DNA of 64,000 nt from Octopus vulgaris (taxonomy: Eukaryota): contig OX597821.1 in NCBI GenBank assembly GCA_951406725.2, positions 87,730,001-87,794,000 on the forward strand, in the 5' to 3' direction. Shown here one piece after another: positions 1-12,060 of the stretch. Position 1 is the stretch's first letter. Each line of letters starts with the position of its first letter. Both the position numbers and the translations under genes were made by a program. Under the pieces are notes generated by a model. It saw only the letters and a list, made by a program, of their open reading frames with translations. It was not told where the DNA came from and searched no databases.

Positions 1-187
1 CATCAGCCTGGCCGCAGCTCTGAGCTGAATAAAAAAAAAAAAGAAAAACAAAAAAAAAAACAATAAAAAAAAACACCGAGTAACTACAGGTTGTGCAGCA
101 ACATGATCTCAGCCCCAGGCTGAAACCAATAAGAGATAAAAAAGAAAAAAAAAAGATACATTCAAAATGTCAGTTATTTATATAATA

Positions 188-450
188 CTAGCAGTATCGC
201 CCGGCGTTGCTCGGGTTTGTAAGGGAAATAACTATAAAGCATTTTTAGAGAGTTATAGCCAAAAAATAGCAAAAAAAATGGAAAAAAAATTATGGTAAAT
301 TTTCGCTGCGTTAGTTTTGAATTATGACATTGGGCTATATGTGTGTCAAGTTTCATCAGAATCGGTTGAAAGCCGTGGTCAGGGTGAGGGTACAACCTGA
401 CAGACACACAGACACACAGACAGACAAACTGCCGTTTATATAGAGAGAGA
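188..450 (-). mobile_element. Non-autonomous Helitron-like element
   Basis: On the minus strand it starts TC(TCTCTCTATATAAA) after an A. It ends with hairpin CCCGAGCAACGCCGGG plus CTAG before a T. The 3' end is shared with 22358-22740. Confidence 0.75.
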
Positions 451-856
451 TATGAAAGAATGGCCGAAGCGGGGCTACGTAAGGATACCTTCTGCAATAA
501 AAGAAATAGTTAAGCGGAACCAACACATTTAATGTTGTGAACCAAAAACTGTTTAACCAAAAATAATTACAAGCATAGACAAATAAAGTATTTTTAGACT
601 TGCTCTGAAACAAACTTCAACCTTATAACATTTAGTTAGAACACATGGGTACAGCAACCTAAGGAACATGTATCTGCGTGTGTGTGCTTGTGTGTGTGAA
701 TGTGAGTTTGTGTATGTGTGAGTGTGTGTTTATGTGTGAGTGTATACATGTGAATCACATACAGAGGCACCTGTCCACCCCCTTTCTCCTCCTAGCTAAT
801 TTAAATTTTCATGGCTATCTCTTCAAAGGGCAAGATAGAAAATATTTTCAATTTTA

Positions 857-1084
857 AAGGCGACGAGCTGGCTGAAGCGTTAGCACGCCGGGCGAAATGC
901 TTAGCCGTATTTCGTCCGCCGTTACGTTCTGAGTTCAAATTCCACCGAGGTCGACTTTGCCTTTCATCCTTTCGGGGTCGATAAATTAAGTACTAGTTAC
1001 GCACTGGAGGTCGATATAATCGGCTTAATCCGTTTGTCTGTCCTTGTTTGTCCCCCCTGTGTTTAACCCCTTGTAAAGAAATAT
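857..1084 (+). mobile_element. tRNA-derived SINE, family A
   Basis: Head GGCGACGAGCTGGC, B-box GAGTTCAAATTCC, body GTCGACTTTGCCTTTCATCCTTTCGGGGTCGATAAA. 15-bp TSD ATATTTTCAATTTTA at 842-856 and 1085-1099. Confidence 0.9.
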
Positions 1085-1292
1085 ATATTTTCAATTTTAT
1101 TTGACAGTCAAGGCCTTCATAAGTTTGCTGTTTGGTGCTGCAATGGTAGTGGTAGAGGCAAGTAGCAGGAATCAATATGGTAGCGGAGATAATCAAGGCT
1201 GTAGCGATATGCTAGTTATAGTATATTGTTGAGGATATTGATAATATTAGAGGCTATGGTTGTGATGGTTTGTTTCACGAATTCTTGCACAC

Positions 1293-1492
1293 TTACTCTT
1301 TTACTCTTTTACTTGTTTCAATCATTTGACCGTGGCCATGCTGGAGCACCGCCTTTTAGTCGGGCAAATAGACCCCAGCCTCGTGGAGCTGTTTTTGGTG
1401 TTTTCGCTCAATAAACACACACAACGCCCGGTCTGGGAATCGAAACCGCGATCCTCTGACTGCAAGTCCGCTGCCCTAACCACTGCGCCTCC
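1293..1492 (-). mobile_element. Chimeric SINE fragment: family C head joined to family B tail
   Basis: 1378-1492 matches the head of 17171-17561. 1293-1377 matches the 3' tail of family B. Confidence 0.7.
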
Positions 1493-1972
1493 ATAGTTGA
1501 GTTTAGAGGGGTGAAAATGTTCGACTTAGTAGAAGATATGTTTGTGTTTGTGTTGATAAAGATTTGTCGTTGTGAAATGTTTGAGGGTGTGTACTGGAGT
1601 GAGGATGGGTCTGCATAATGGTATTTCACTTAGATTTTTGTTATTTTAGAATTGTTATAGAATTGTTATAATTTGTCCGGCTTCCAATATCAAGGAATTT
1701 CACAGTGTTACTACAGATAGAGGTACATATTCGTAAGTGAAGATATTTTATCAGGCACCATTTTTTTTAGATATATGTTTGTGACATTTCTATGGTTCTG
1801 ACACTCGTGTGAATTTTGACTTCCCTACTGTTTTTTTAGGATTGGGCATAATCATCATCTACGTGTAAAATGCATATTTTTTTCTCTTTTTTTTCTTATC
1901 TACACTGTATGATTTTCGAGAAATGTCTGATAAGAACGTTCCCTTGGTGTAGAGGTATAAGTATATTATAAT

Positions 1973-2202
1973 GGCGGCGAGCTGGCAGAAACGTTAGCAC
2001 GCCGGGCGAAATGCTTAGCAGTATTTCGTCTGCCGTTATGTTCTGAGTTCAAATTCCGCCGAGGTAGACTTTGCCTTTCATCTTTTCGGGGTCGATTAAA
2101 TAAGTACCAGTTACGCACTGGGGTCGATATAATCGACTTAATCCCATTGTCTGTCCTTGTTTGTCCCCTCTGTGTTTAGCCCCTTGTGGGTAGTAAAGAA
2201 AT
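1973..2202 (+). mobile_element. SINE family A, full length
   Basis: Matches the family A consensus. 17-bp TSD AGGTATAAGTATATTAT at 1953-1969 and 2203-2219. Confidence 0.92.
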
Positions 2203-2286
2203 AGGTATAAGTATATTATTTGAGGCTGTTGTTGTGATTGTTGGAGTGTTGCTATTCATGATATTGCTCATTAGTTTGTATAATAC

Positions 2287-2628
2287 TGTGAAGGTGTATA
2301 GCTCAGTGGTTGGAGCGTCGAGCTTACGATTGTGAGATTGTGAGTTCGATTCCCGGACCGAGCTGCGAGTTGTGTTCTTGAGCAAGACACTATATTTCAT
2401 GTTGCTCCAGATAACTCAGCTGTAGAAATGAGTTACGTCATCACTGGTGCCAAGCTGTATCGGCCTTTGTCTTTCTTTTGGATAACTTTCAGCGGTGTGG
2501 AGAGGAGAGGCTGAAATGCATGGGCGACTGCTGACCTTCCGCAAAAAACTTTGCCCGGACTTGTACTTGGGAGGGTAACATTCTAGGTGCAATCCAATGG
2601 TCATTCATGACCGAAGGGGCTCTCCTCC
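2287..2628 (+). mobile_element. tRNA-derived SINE, family D
   Basis: A-box TAGCTCAGTGG, B-box GTTCGATTCC, CORE-like TTGTGTTCTTGAGCAAGACACT. 11-bp TSD TTGTATAATAC at 2276-2286 and 2629-2639. Confidence 0.85.
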
Positions 2629-4149
2629 TTGTATAATACCTTATTCACAGTTTTGTGGTTTACGTTGGAAATAAATATTTGTCGGTTATTTCTTTCTTAT
2701 TCAGTTGTTCGACGTTCAGTTTTATTCCCGTTGTATGAGCCTTTCATGTATTGTGTTTGAGATAATCTCTGGGTATTTTTACGAGTTTGGCTATTTCTGC
2801 TGTGTAATTGGGGTCGTATTTTTTATGTTGCTGGGTGAGATATATTTTTTTAGAAGTCTATAATTATTTTGTTGTATATACACGTATTGCAGTGCAACAT
2901 CTATGTTAGCAATTGTTGTGTTGCTGAATTCTGAAAGCCTTGATTCTTGTTTCTAGGTGGAACTAATTTCATTGCGCCTTTTTTTGAAGTTTGTAAAAGT
3001 GGTTTTTTCCCTTCACATTGATGTATGAATGTTTTACACTGGAATTGGTAGATGGTCTGAAAAAAAAATGTGGAAATTGTTTGGCAAGTATTTGCTAAGT
3101 GTGGCGAGATGGTATTTGGGATGGTATTTGGCTGTTATAGATGACTTGGTGAGGTTATGTGTGTAAGGTATGTAATATTTAGGAAGAAAAGCGAGTTCAG
3201 TTGTCATACCACTGTGTTCCGTCTTTTGTTATCTATTTTCTTTAAAACCAGGTGGTGCAATGAAGTGCCCTACGATTGTGGTGCTTATAAGTATTAAAGT
3301 GTTGTAGCTGGAATACACAACCTGAATGAACGCTTGGTGAGTTCGGACGATGTATATATATATATTTATTAAATTAATGCACTTAGTTTTGAAAGCCTGT
3401 ATTTCCAGTGTAGTGTAATTTCTTATCAGCTAATATTTGTAATTTGTGGGATCTACATATTGAATGCAGGTTTTTGTACATGATGTTAGACTACTCCTAT
3501 TGTGAATGGGGCTATCTAGCCTGATATGAGCATAATTTGAAATACTGGCTATTCTTTCCTCTGGCTGTAAAAATACTTTCTGAGTTATTGTTATATGAAT
3601 GCCGTGTTTGATGATAAAATCTTTCAGTTCCATGAAAGTGTTTTTAATGTTGTTAAATCTTATACAGGAGCATTTTTAGAATTTTTTAGATCATATTTTT
3701 ACCATTTTGTTTTTGTGAGAGAAAGGTTTTTTGTTTTTATTTAATACTAAATGTATTCGATAGGGAAGTGTGACGTTGGGAAGGGAGGTAACAACTGTAT
3801 TCGCTGTTTAGCTCCAGGTTAAACAACAACCGCTGGCACTGCACTACTACCACAGCTACCCCTACCAGTACCAATAGCAATAGTAGCAGCAGTATCACCA
3901 CCACCACCACCACACCCAACAACAGGAAGTAGTTCAGTAGAGAAAGGCAGTTCAGCCATCACCCACCCGCATTTCCTCAAGTGCGTCCAGGGAAGTCAGA
4001 CCGGACCTATGCAACGCGATCGTTTTTAAGAAGCTGCGATCTGATTCCAAAGAGGTTTGGTTGCAGCTTCTAGCAGATTGATTGATAATGCAAACTTCCC
4101 TCCTTGTTATTGTCTGTGTTTTTTGTTTTTATTCCTGTACAAAAAGGGC

Positions 4150-4350
4150 GATGGATTGGTTGGAACGCTGGAAAAACGCCTTGTGGTATTTGTCCCGGGC
4201 TTTTACGCCCTGAGTTCAAATACCGCCAAAGGTATCTTTGCTTTTATTTCTTCAGGGGCCATAGAATAAAGTACTAATCATAGGTCGATAGTCTTGATTG
4301 ACTCTGCTCCTTCAAACTTTCGTCCTTGTACTTAAATTAGAAACAATTAC
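4150..4350 (+). mobile_element. Old diverged SINE family A copy
   Basis: CTGAGTTCAAATACCGCC...CTTTGCTTTTATTTCTTCAGGGGCC is recognisably family A. Confidence 0.6.
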
Positions 4351-4434
4351 TATTTCCTTACAATTGGACATATTTTAGAAGTATCGGTAAATATTATTGC
4401 TGTGTGGTATTTGTATATATTATATTACTTATAT

Positions 4435-4733
4435 CAGGGGTTCCATGTACGATTTTCGGGGTTCCACGAAGTAAAATAGTAAATTGGGTACACGCAGTAG
4501 CTTATTAAGGATCCATGAAATCATTTTCATTTAGATGTATTGCAAGAAACTAACCTTCTTTCTCTAACATTTTACATACTTCAACTCACACAAGTCAAGG
4601 TTTGAAAAACAAAACAAGAATTTTGAAAAAAGTATCGGTAAAGCTAGTTTTTAAACATCGAATGGTTATGGAATCAGCAAAATAAAAAGATAATCAAAGG
4701 GTTCCATAGATAAAAAATGGTTGATAATCCCTG
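4435..4733. mobile_element. hAT-like MITE
   Basis: Termini CAGGGGTTCC... and ...GTTGATAATCCCTG, with internal GGGGTTCCA repeats. A similar left end occurs at 55532. Confidence 0.5.
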
Positions 4734-4936
4734 CTTTACATTATAATTATTTCACAGCCAGCTTTGAGCAAATCCGTAACATGACGTTGTCTGACCCTGT
4801 TTGCAATTGCTTCGAGATATCTGTTTATAGGAACCACATCGTTCGACTGGACCCCAACCCAAGACCGCCATGTCTTGCTTTGTGTAACATTGTATTCAGT
4901 ATCAGCTTATCTTTATTTATTGTATTTCTTTTGCGT

Positions 4937-5136
4937 GTTTCAGTCATGGAACTGCGACCATGCTGGGGCACCGCATCGAAGTCATTTAGTCGAATGGATC
5001 CACCACAGTACCTCTTGTTGAAGGTTTGGTTCTTATTCTATCGATGTCTTTGGCTGAACTGCAAAGTTACGGGGGAAAACCAGCATCAGATGTCAAGCGG
5101 GTGGTGGAGGTCAAATACAAAGACACACACACACAC

Positions 5137-5179
<43 letters not shown>

Positions 5180-5234
5180 TATATATATATAAACATATAT
5201 ACATACATATGCATGTATGTGTATACATATACAA

Positions 5235-5284
<50 letters not shown>

Positions 5285-5450
5285 TCACACATACATACGA
5301 TGATCTTTCAGCTTTCGTCTACCGAATCCACTTCCGAGACTTTGGTTGACTCAGTGCTTCAGTAGAAGACACTTGTCTAAGATGCCATGCAGTGGGATTG
5401 AACACAGAACCTTGTGGTGGGGAAGTAAACTTCTTACCACTCAGCCACGT
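4937..5450 (-). mobile_element. SINE family B, diverged, with expanded internal microsatellite
   Basis: Head and tail match 19867-20280, separated by (TA)n/(CA)n. Confidence 0.75.
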
Positions 5451-5946
5451 GTCTCTGCCCGTCTTGTATATGACGATTTCGGAAACGGTATTGAGAAGGT
5501 TTTAGCTATAGTTTCAACCCCGGTTCTGAACGATGTTGATGGTGCATTTAATGGTAGCGGGATGGTATCGCTGATGGTGTGGCACCGGCAGTGTTAGCGA
5601 TGCTAGTGTTAGTGATAATAGTAGATGGTATCTGGTGAATGCCGAGGATTTGTTAGAGGGAATACTGGAAATATTCTATTGGTGATGATAATGATATTGA
5701 TGGTGGTGTTGGTGGTGGTGAGAGGTAGCTCTAGTGGTGAAGCTGGGGAAGAGCATTTGTGACAGTGGTGGTGGTGGAGGTAGTGGTGATGATGGTGGTG
5801 GTGGCACCGAATAATTGATAGTTGGCTTGGGTGTGTGAGGAGTCAGTGGCATCTAACCTTCCACCTCGGTCTAACTTTCACAACCCTGCTATAACTACAT
5901 TTCCACTCCCCAAATACGTCCACATACACGCACGCATACATTGATA

Positions 5947-6015
<69 letters not shown>

Positions 6016-6374
6016 TGACAAAGATAGTCAAGCACACACACATACACGCACACTGACAAACATAGTCACGCACACACCAGAAAATACGCACACACATGCA
6101 CTGACACACAATAGCACCAAAACAATACCCTTTAGAACAGCAGGTTCTGGATGTGTGACATTTTTTAATGTCTGCAATAAATTGTTATAGCCATCATAAA
6201 GATGTCTCGCTCTCCCGCTCTTCCTCTCAACCAATTTTCCTTCTCTCTGTTTATTGCTAGCAGGCAGTTTGTCTGTCAGTCTTTCTGCTTCTACATCTGT
6301 CCCCGTTTTCTCTCTTGTTCACATATAGATACATTATATATTTGTTCCTCTGTCTGGAGCTCTACAAGCCCGCG

Positions 6375-6458
<84 letters not shown>

Positions 6459-6627
6459 CACACGCACACACACACACACATATATGGAAAGAGAGATACA
6501 CGTAAAGCCTATATGTAAATATGTGTTTTCGTGTATGTATGTATGCATGTGTGTACGAAAGTATACTAGCGTGCTATCTTAAAGATAGACTTTTGCCAGT
6601 GATTTATGTAAATATATTGACAAGTGC

Positions 6628-6674
6628 CTAGTACTGACGAAGGGAAATACCTCGAAACCAGACTGGTATACTGG
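6628..6674 (+). ncRNA. Type I hammerhead ribozyme, canonical core
   Basis: CTAGTA-CTGACGA-A-GGGAAATACCTC-GAAA-CCAGACTGG-TA-TACTGG. Stem I is 6 bp, stem III is CCA/TGG, and the cleavage triplet is GUA. Confidence 0.8.
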
Positions 6675-6879
6675 TTTTGTCACGGTTTTGTCCCCTGCTC
6701 GCAATATATATGACACAGGTAGTGTCGTTAACCAGCTGAAGGAGATGTCTTTCTGGGGTTCAAAAATTGGTAGAAACGTAGTTCCGTACGGAATAGCCAT
6801 GTTGAAATGGCAACAAATATTACTTTTCAGTATTGTCACCACTTACATCTCTAGAAATTTTAGAACTAGGTACTTTGCT

Positions 6880-6991
6880 TATGTATGTATGTATGTATGT
6901 ATGTATGTATGTATGTATGTATGTATGTATGTATGTATGTATGTATGTATGTATGTATGTATGTATGTATGTATGTATGTATGTATGTATG

Positions 6992-7025
<34 letters not shown>

Positions 7026-7122
7026 TGTATGTACATATGTACGTACATACATACATATTATATATGTATATTATATATATATATATATATGTATATGTAT
7101 ATATATATATGTATTTAATATG

Positions 7123-7210
<88 letters not shown>

Positions 7211-7218
7211 TATATATG

Positions 7219-7286
<68 letters not shown>

Positions 7287-7302
7287 GTATATATATATAT
7301 AT
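6880..7302. repeat. (TATG)n and (TA)n microsatellite block
   Basis: Directly visible; one of dozens of such tracts in the window. Confidence 0.98.
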
Positions 7303-7409
7303 AACATTTTAAACATTTTCTTATTATTATCAAACAATGTATACATGTATTGTAATATTTTGTGACAACCAGTATTTAACACAACAAAGCTTTTACAAAG
7401 CTTTTACAT

Positions 7410-7457
7410 TTTACTTTTGACAATCTTTTTCTGAAAGAGTGAAACCGGTCAAGTGAA
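7410..7457 (+). ncRNA. Minimal type I hammerhead-like motif with U3:A8 core, in a (TA)n-flanked element (about 7303-7535)
   Basis: TTTACTT-TTGACAA-TCTTTTTCTGAAAGA-GT-GAAA-CCGG-TC-AAGTGAA. Palindromic stem III ACCGGT, followed by AATAAA. The stem II junction is imperfect. Confidence 0.55.
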
Positions 7458-7534
7458 TAAACATCTTTTAGAATTGCATTTTCAAACCTTTCAAATATAT
7501 TTCCACTCATGCGGTACCTCACAACTTCACTTTG

Positions 7535-7602
<68 letters not shown>

Positions 7603-8009
7603 TATATATATTGCGAATACTTAGTGTATATTTTTTATTGAGATTACTACGTAAATAATCAAATACACCAAAGCCAAGGGGTAGATAGTTAAATAGCAGA
7701 TTAACAGAGTGTTAGTTGGAATCCTGTCATTACGAAATGTACAAGTTGTTGTTAATTTCTAGATCATCCATGATTGAGCATATCTGCTATGAAAGTCTTC
7801 CAGATATAATTAACCATGTTTTTCCATATAAAGATGCCACTCTTTTATGTTTACTTGAATGAGCTTTGGTTGTTATTTTCGCAAGTCGATTGTCTATGCA
7901 GATATTTTGTCAGTCGTGGTTTAGCCCTGTTTACTCCTCGTCAGCCAGACATACGATGAAAGATGTTGCAACTTTGATTAACACAACTCTATATATCCCA
8001 TAAAACTTA

Positions 8010-8214
8010 CGAGGGGTTACTGAAAAGTTCCTGGCTTTAAGGGTCTCACGAAAGGTCTGGTTGGTGGCCCAACCTTCCGAGTTCTTCTACAGGTCTTAGA
8101 AAAACTAAAAGAGCACTGCAATAATTGTGGGAATCTGAGAGGGGAATACGTTGAATAAAATCATAATTAACTGATCCTCCAATTTTTAATTTTCAACAAC
8201 TTTCAATACATCAG
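8010..8214 (+). mobile_element. Mariner-derived internally deleted element (MITE)
   Basis: TA|CGAGGGG..CTGAAAAGTT TIR and a degenerate right TIR ending in TA. Retains a transposase C-terminal relic C.NLRGEYVE*. Confidence 0.7.
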
Positions 8215-8714
8215 TATCTTCACTGTTCTGTACATGGGTAATATGTATTTATTTCCCCCTTTGCACATTCTGGGACTAACGTTATATCTACCAGGGTTTG
8301 CTGAAAAGATATTGGCTTTGGGTAAAAGAAAATTCAAGTGGATCAGTGAATTATGATTTTATTCAACTTATCCTCCTTTCATATTCATACACTTACTGCA
8401 GCGGCCCTGTAAAATGAACTCTGAAGACTGGATCTCCAGCAAGGCCTTTCGCGACACCCTTAAAACCAGAACTATTCAGCATCCCCTTGTAAGTTCCATT
8501 TCTCCATCTAACACTGGTTCTATCAATGTCACATTTGAAGTAGAGTTGATAGGTACTAATGTTAACAAATACCTACGTAATGTTCATGTCCAGTATAATA
8601 TCCGAGACATTAGTACCAGCACTAATATTGCAAAAGTATTATATAAGAAATGGCCTCACCGAACGTGGATTGGTTACACTTCAATACACTTACAACTCTT
8701 TACTCACTACATCA

Positions 8715-8924
8715 AGGCAGCGTGCTGGCAGAAGCGTTAGCATGCCGGGAAAAATGCTTAGCAGTATTTCATCTCTTTACGTTCTGAGTTCAAATTCCGC
8801 CGAGGTCGACTTTGCTTTCATTCTTTCGGGGTCGATAAATTAAGTACCAGTTGCGTACTGGAGTCGATCTAATCGACTGGCCCCTCACCTAAAATTTTAG
8901 GCCTTGTGCCTAGAGTAGAAAAGA
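8715..8924 (+). mobile_element. SINE family A, alternative-tail subfamily
   Basis: Family A head and body with tail GGCCTTGTGCCTAGAGTAGAAAAGAA. Confidence 0.88.
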
Positions 8925-9223
8925 ACTTCATCACAGACAACATTCTTATAGATTATTGAAGCATTAAACATTGGATTAAGGGGTATTGATCAGTTTATTA
9001 GTATCCATATTTTTTCTCTAGTCGACGATCTTCCGTTGGTTGGCTACTAAATATAAAGACTAATGCTGACTATAGTCCGTTCCTGTACCCTATAAGAATT
9101 CTGTTATCAGCTCAAATTGTCTCTTGCTGTCAGGAATAATGTCTTAAAACAGTTTCAAGTCGTAATGCGTTACTCTGCCATCTATTAGAGGTGATAAGGG
9201 TTCTTTGCCAGGAGAAACTGTAA

Positions 9224-9441
9224 TACTTTTCTACTTTAGGCACAGGGCTCGAATTTTTTGGGGAGGAGGGTGGAGTCGATTAGATCGACCCCAGTATGCA
9301 ACTAGTACTTAATTTATCGACCCCGAAAGGATTAAAGGCAAAGTTGACCTCGGCAGAATTTGAACTCAGAATGTAAAGACAGATGAAATACCGCTAAGCA
9401 TTTCGCCCGGTGAGCTAACGTTTCTGCCAGCTCGCCGCCTT
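9224..9441 (-). mobile_element. SINE family A, alternative-tail subfamily
   Basis: Reverse-complement homolog of 8715-8924. Confidence 0.88.
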
Positions 9442-9875
9442 AAGGCAGGAACAGTAATTCAGACAAGCTCATCATTTGGATTGCTGGAGTTCTTATTGAT
9501 TGCTATGTAGACCATGTGCTAATACTTTATTTCATTGTATCAAATATTGTAGAATCATGGCAAAGCTTAGTGACTCGAGTTTTCATTAACATGACTTATG
9601 AGCTAGTGATATTGTCAGAAGACTTCGGCGATACTGTTTCACTTTCTTAATGACAATTATATTGACTAGAAGCTGTCCTGCAGAACACTAAAATTCTCTC
9701 AAATCTATAGACTAAACATCAGTCATTACGGACAATATTCTTAACTAAAAGCCAAGATTTATATGTATATATACTTGTATATGATGAATTGTGAATCTAT
9801 GGAAAGAAATCCCATAAAACTCAACTGTTAAAAATGGAGAAGAGATATTAAAATATATAAGAGAATTTTAATTCA

Positions 9876-9984
9876 TGCAGACGATTGTTTCGTACAGAGA
9901 TATAAAAATCATGCAAATTCATAGTTGAATTGAATTAATTAAATTAATTAAATTGATCATATATCACTCTACACTTCCGTGCAA
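9876..9984 (-). ncRNA. Degenerate type I hammerhead relic in a TA-flanked element
   Basis: Minus strand: TGCA-CGGAAGT-GTAGAG..ATAT[loop]ATATCTCTGTAC-GAAA-CAATCG-TC-TGCA. The core is mutated. Confidence 0.35.
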
Positions 9985-10144
9985 GAAATATAAGCAAAAT
10001 ATTTACAAAGGACTTGAGTAAGGAAATAGCAGAATAGAATCTAGGAGATTCATATTTATCTTTATGAGGAAATGAGATGTGAGTCCAGTTAGGTATTAAC
10101 TGAAGGGATCTCCCAAGGCTAATAACAAGGCATCCATGTTGATT

Positions 10145-10200
<56 letters not shown>

Positions 10201-10201
<1 letters not shown>

Positions 10202-11047
10202 CCAGCCGAAATTGCAAAGATAATCTGGAACTCGACTGAGGAAAGAAAACTTCGAATGACCCGTCCGTGTTTTTTCTTATCCGTTTTTTGTATTCCTTTT
10301 TATATACATATTGCGGCGTACGTCCCTTATATGTAAGTATATATATATATATATATGTCAGTATAAATTTTGTACGACTATATTTCTTTAAATTTTGTAC
10401 GACTCTTCCTTTCTTTCTTTCAGCCCCGTCACACTTACTTCGTTCTTTCCACTCTTCTGTTCCCCCTCTCTCACATTTCCTGGCTTTCTCTTCATTCTCA
10501 CCTTTCTTCCTCTTTCACTTAACTCTGTCCCTTTTCTTTTTTGCTGTCCCTCCCTAATTCTTCTGTCCCTCTGCCTCTACCTCTCTCCTCTCTCTCCACG
10601 TGACCAGTGTTTGACCAAGCCTGACCTCTCTTTCTTGGTTCGATTACCATCCGTGCAACATCTATATTCCTTCCCCATGCCTGCCATCTCTTATGTCCTT
10701 GCCGTAAGGCTTCACTACCTCACACGCCAATTCAATTCAATTCGTCCTTAGTCGAAAGACACCTGTTGTTATGTCCTGTTATTTGCATTTGTATGTGTGT
10801 ATCCTTTCTCCGTTATTTTTTCCGTCCTTGTTTCCGTATACATTCTAGTGCTCTTAGCTTAGTTTTTCCTTGGGGCTGCCCAGATTGGAGCAATCTCGAA
10901 TGTAACCAACCGAAATTGGAAAGATGATCTGGAACTCGACTGAGGAAAGAAAACTTCGAATGACCCGTCTGTGTTTTTTCTTGTCCCTTTTTTGTATCAT
11001 CTAGCAGTCTAGATGTTTTGCATGCTTGTCCCATTTTTTCTATTCCT
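10201..11047 (+). mobile_element. Family X: (TA)n-embedded non-autonomous element, a partial unit plus a full unit in tandem
   Basis: 10201-10295 repeats 10905-11000. Homologous to 27845-28103 (+) and 57690-58220 (-). Flanked by (TA)n. Confidence 0.8.
10874..10946 (+). ncRNA. Permuted hammerhead-like motif, family X
   Basis: GGCTG-C-CCAGATT-G-GA-GCAAT-C-TCGA-ATGTAAC-CAACC-GAAA-TTGG-AAA-GA-T-GATCTGG-AAC-TCGA-CTGAGGA. Confidence 0.6.
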
Positions 11048-11057
11048 TTATATATAT

Positions 11058-11166
<109 letters not shown>

Positions 11167-11603
11167 CCCTCCTTTTTGTGGTGTGGAGGGCTTACATGTT
11201 TCTTGATTCTTTGGCACGATAATTGTCAGCTAGTCTGCCACATAGGGTTCTGCATCCATTGTTTTGTTGACGGATGAGCGAGAGCTCTTAAAAACGTGAG
11301 ATTCTTTAACTAATAAGCAATTATCAAGCCTCTTCGTGGTGATTTTCCATTCAAGGGTTTTCAACAACTGTCAGGAGAATTTGGTTTCCTAAAATTTCAT
11401 CCCACGCTGTGTCTTTTATTTATTATATTCTCAGTTAGAGCCAAAGACTTATGAATACATTTAGAAAGAGGCATCTGTGAAATACTCAGCCAATTACACG
11501 TCGATAGAACGAGTGATCAACTACGTTAATAGAACAGTTGGGATACACTTCGCCGAAATCGATCAAAGTTCCTTTTACTTTTAATATTTGTATATACATA
11601 TAA

Positions 11604-12060
11604 GTCGCTGAGCTGGCAGAAACGTTAGAACGCCAGGCAAAATGTTTAGCGCTATTTCATCAGTCTTTATGTCCTGAGTTCAAATTCCGCCGAGGTCGAC
11701 ATTACCTTTCATCATTTCGGGGTCGATAAATTAAATACCAGTCGCTTACTGAGGTCGATCTAATCGACTGACCCCCACCTGCCCCAAAATTTCGGGCTTT
11801 ATACCTTGAGTAGAAATGAATACTTGTATATTCATATAAAGCGGCTCGGCGAGCTGGCAGAAACATTAGCACACCAGGCGAAATGCTTAGCGTTATTTTG
11901 TCTGTCTTTACGTTCTGAGTTCAAATTCTGCCGAGGTCAACTTTGCCTTTTATCCTTTCAGGGTCGATAAATTAAGTACCAGTTGCGTGCTGGGGTCGGT
12001 CTAATTGACTGGCCCCCTTCCCGGAAATTTCGGGCCTTGTACCTAGATTAGAAAAGAATA
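11604..12060 (+). mobile_element. Two tandem SINE family A copies
   Basis: Heads at about 11604 and 11846, each with a full body and tail. Confidence 0.85.

Larger units (their letters stand above)
1500..3720 (-). pseudogene. Decayed LINE ORF2 (APE endonuclease to RT N-terminus), interrupted by two SINEs
   Basis: ORF 3430-3633 (ELKDFIIKHGIHITITQKVFL...NYAHIRLDSP) resembles an APE start. An IVGHF (GDFN-like) motif lies near 3270 and an IP..WK motif near 1690. Many stops and frameshifts. Confidence 0.6.

Noticed and set aside
6688-7382. YI, YVCM and HT-repeat ORFs here and throughout the window
   Set aside because: They are translations of (TA)n, (TATG)n and (CA)n tracts.
8230-9700. Gene from ORF 8414-8740
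   Set aside because: There is no recognisable protein. The region looks like a very old minus-strand LINE relic, too decayed to call.
11188-11235. Minus-strand hammerhead (CTGACAA...GAAA-CATG-TA)
   Set aside because: Stems I and II do not pair convincingly. It may be a relic but is unsupported.
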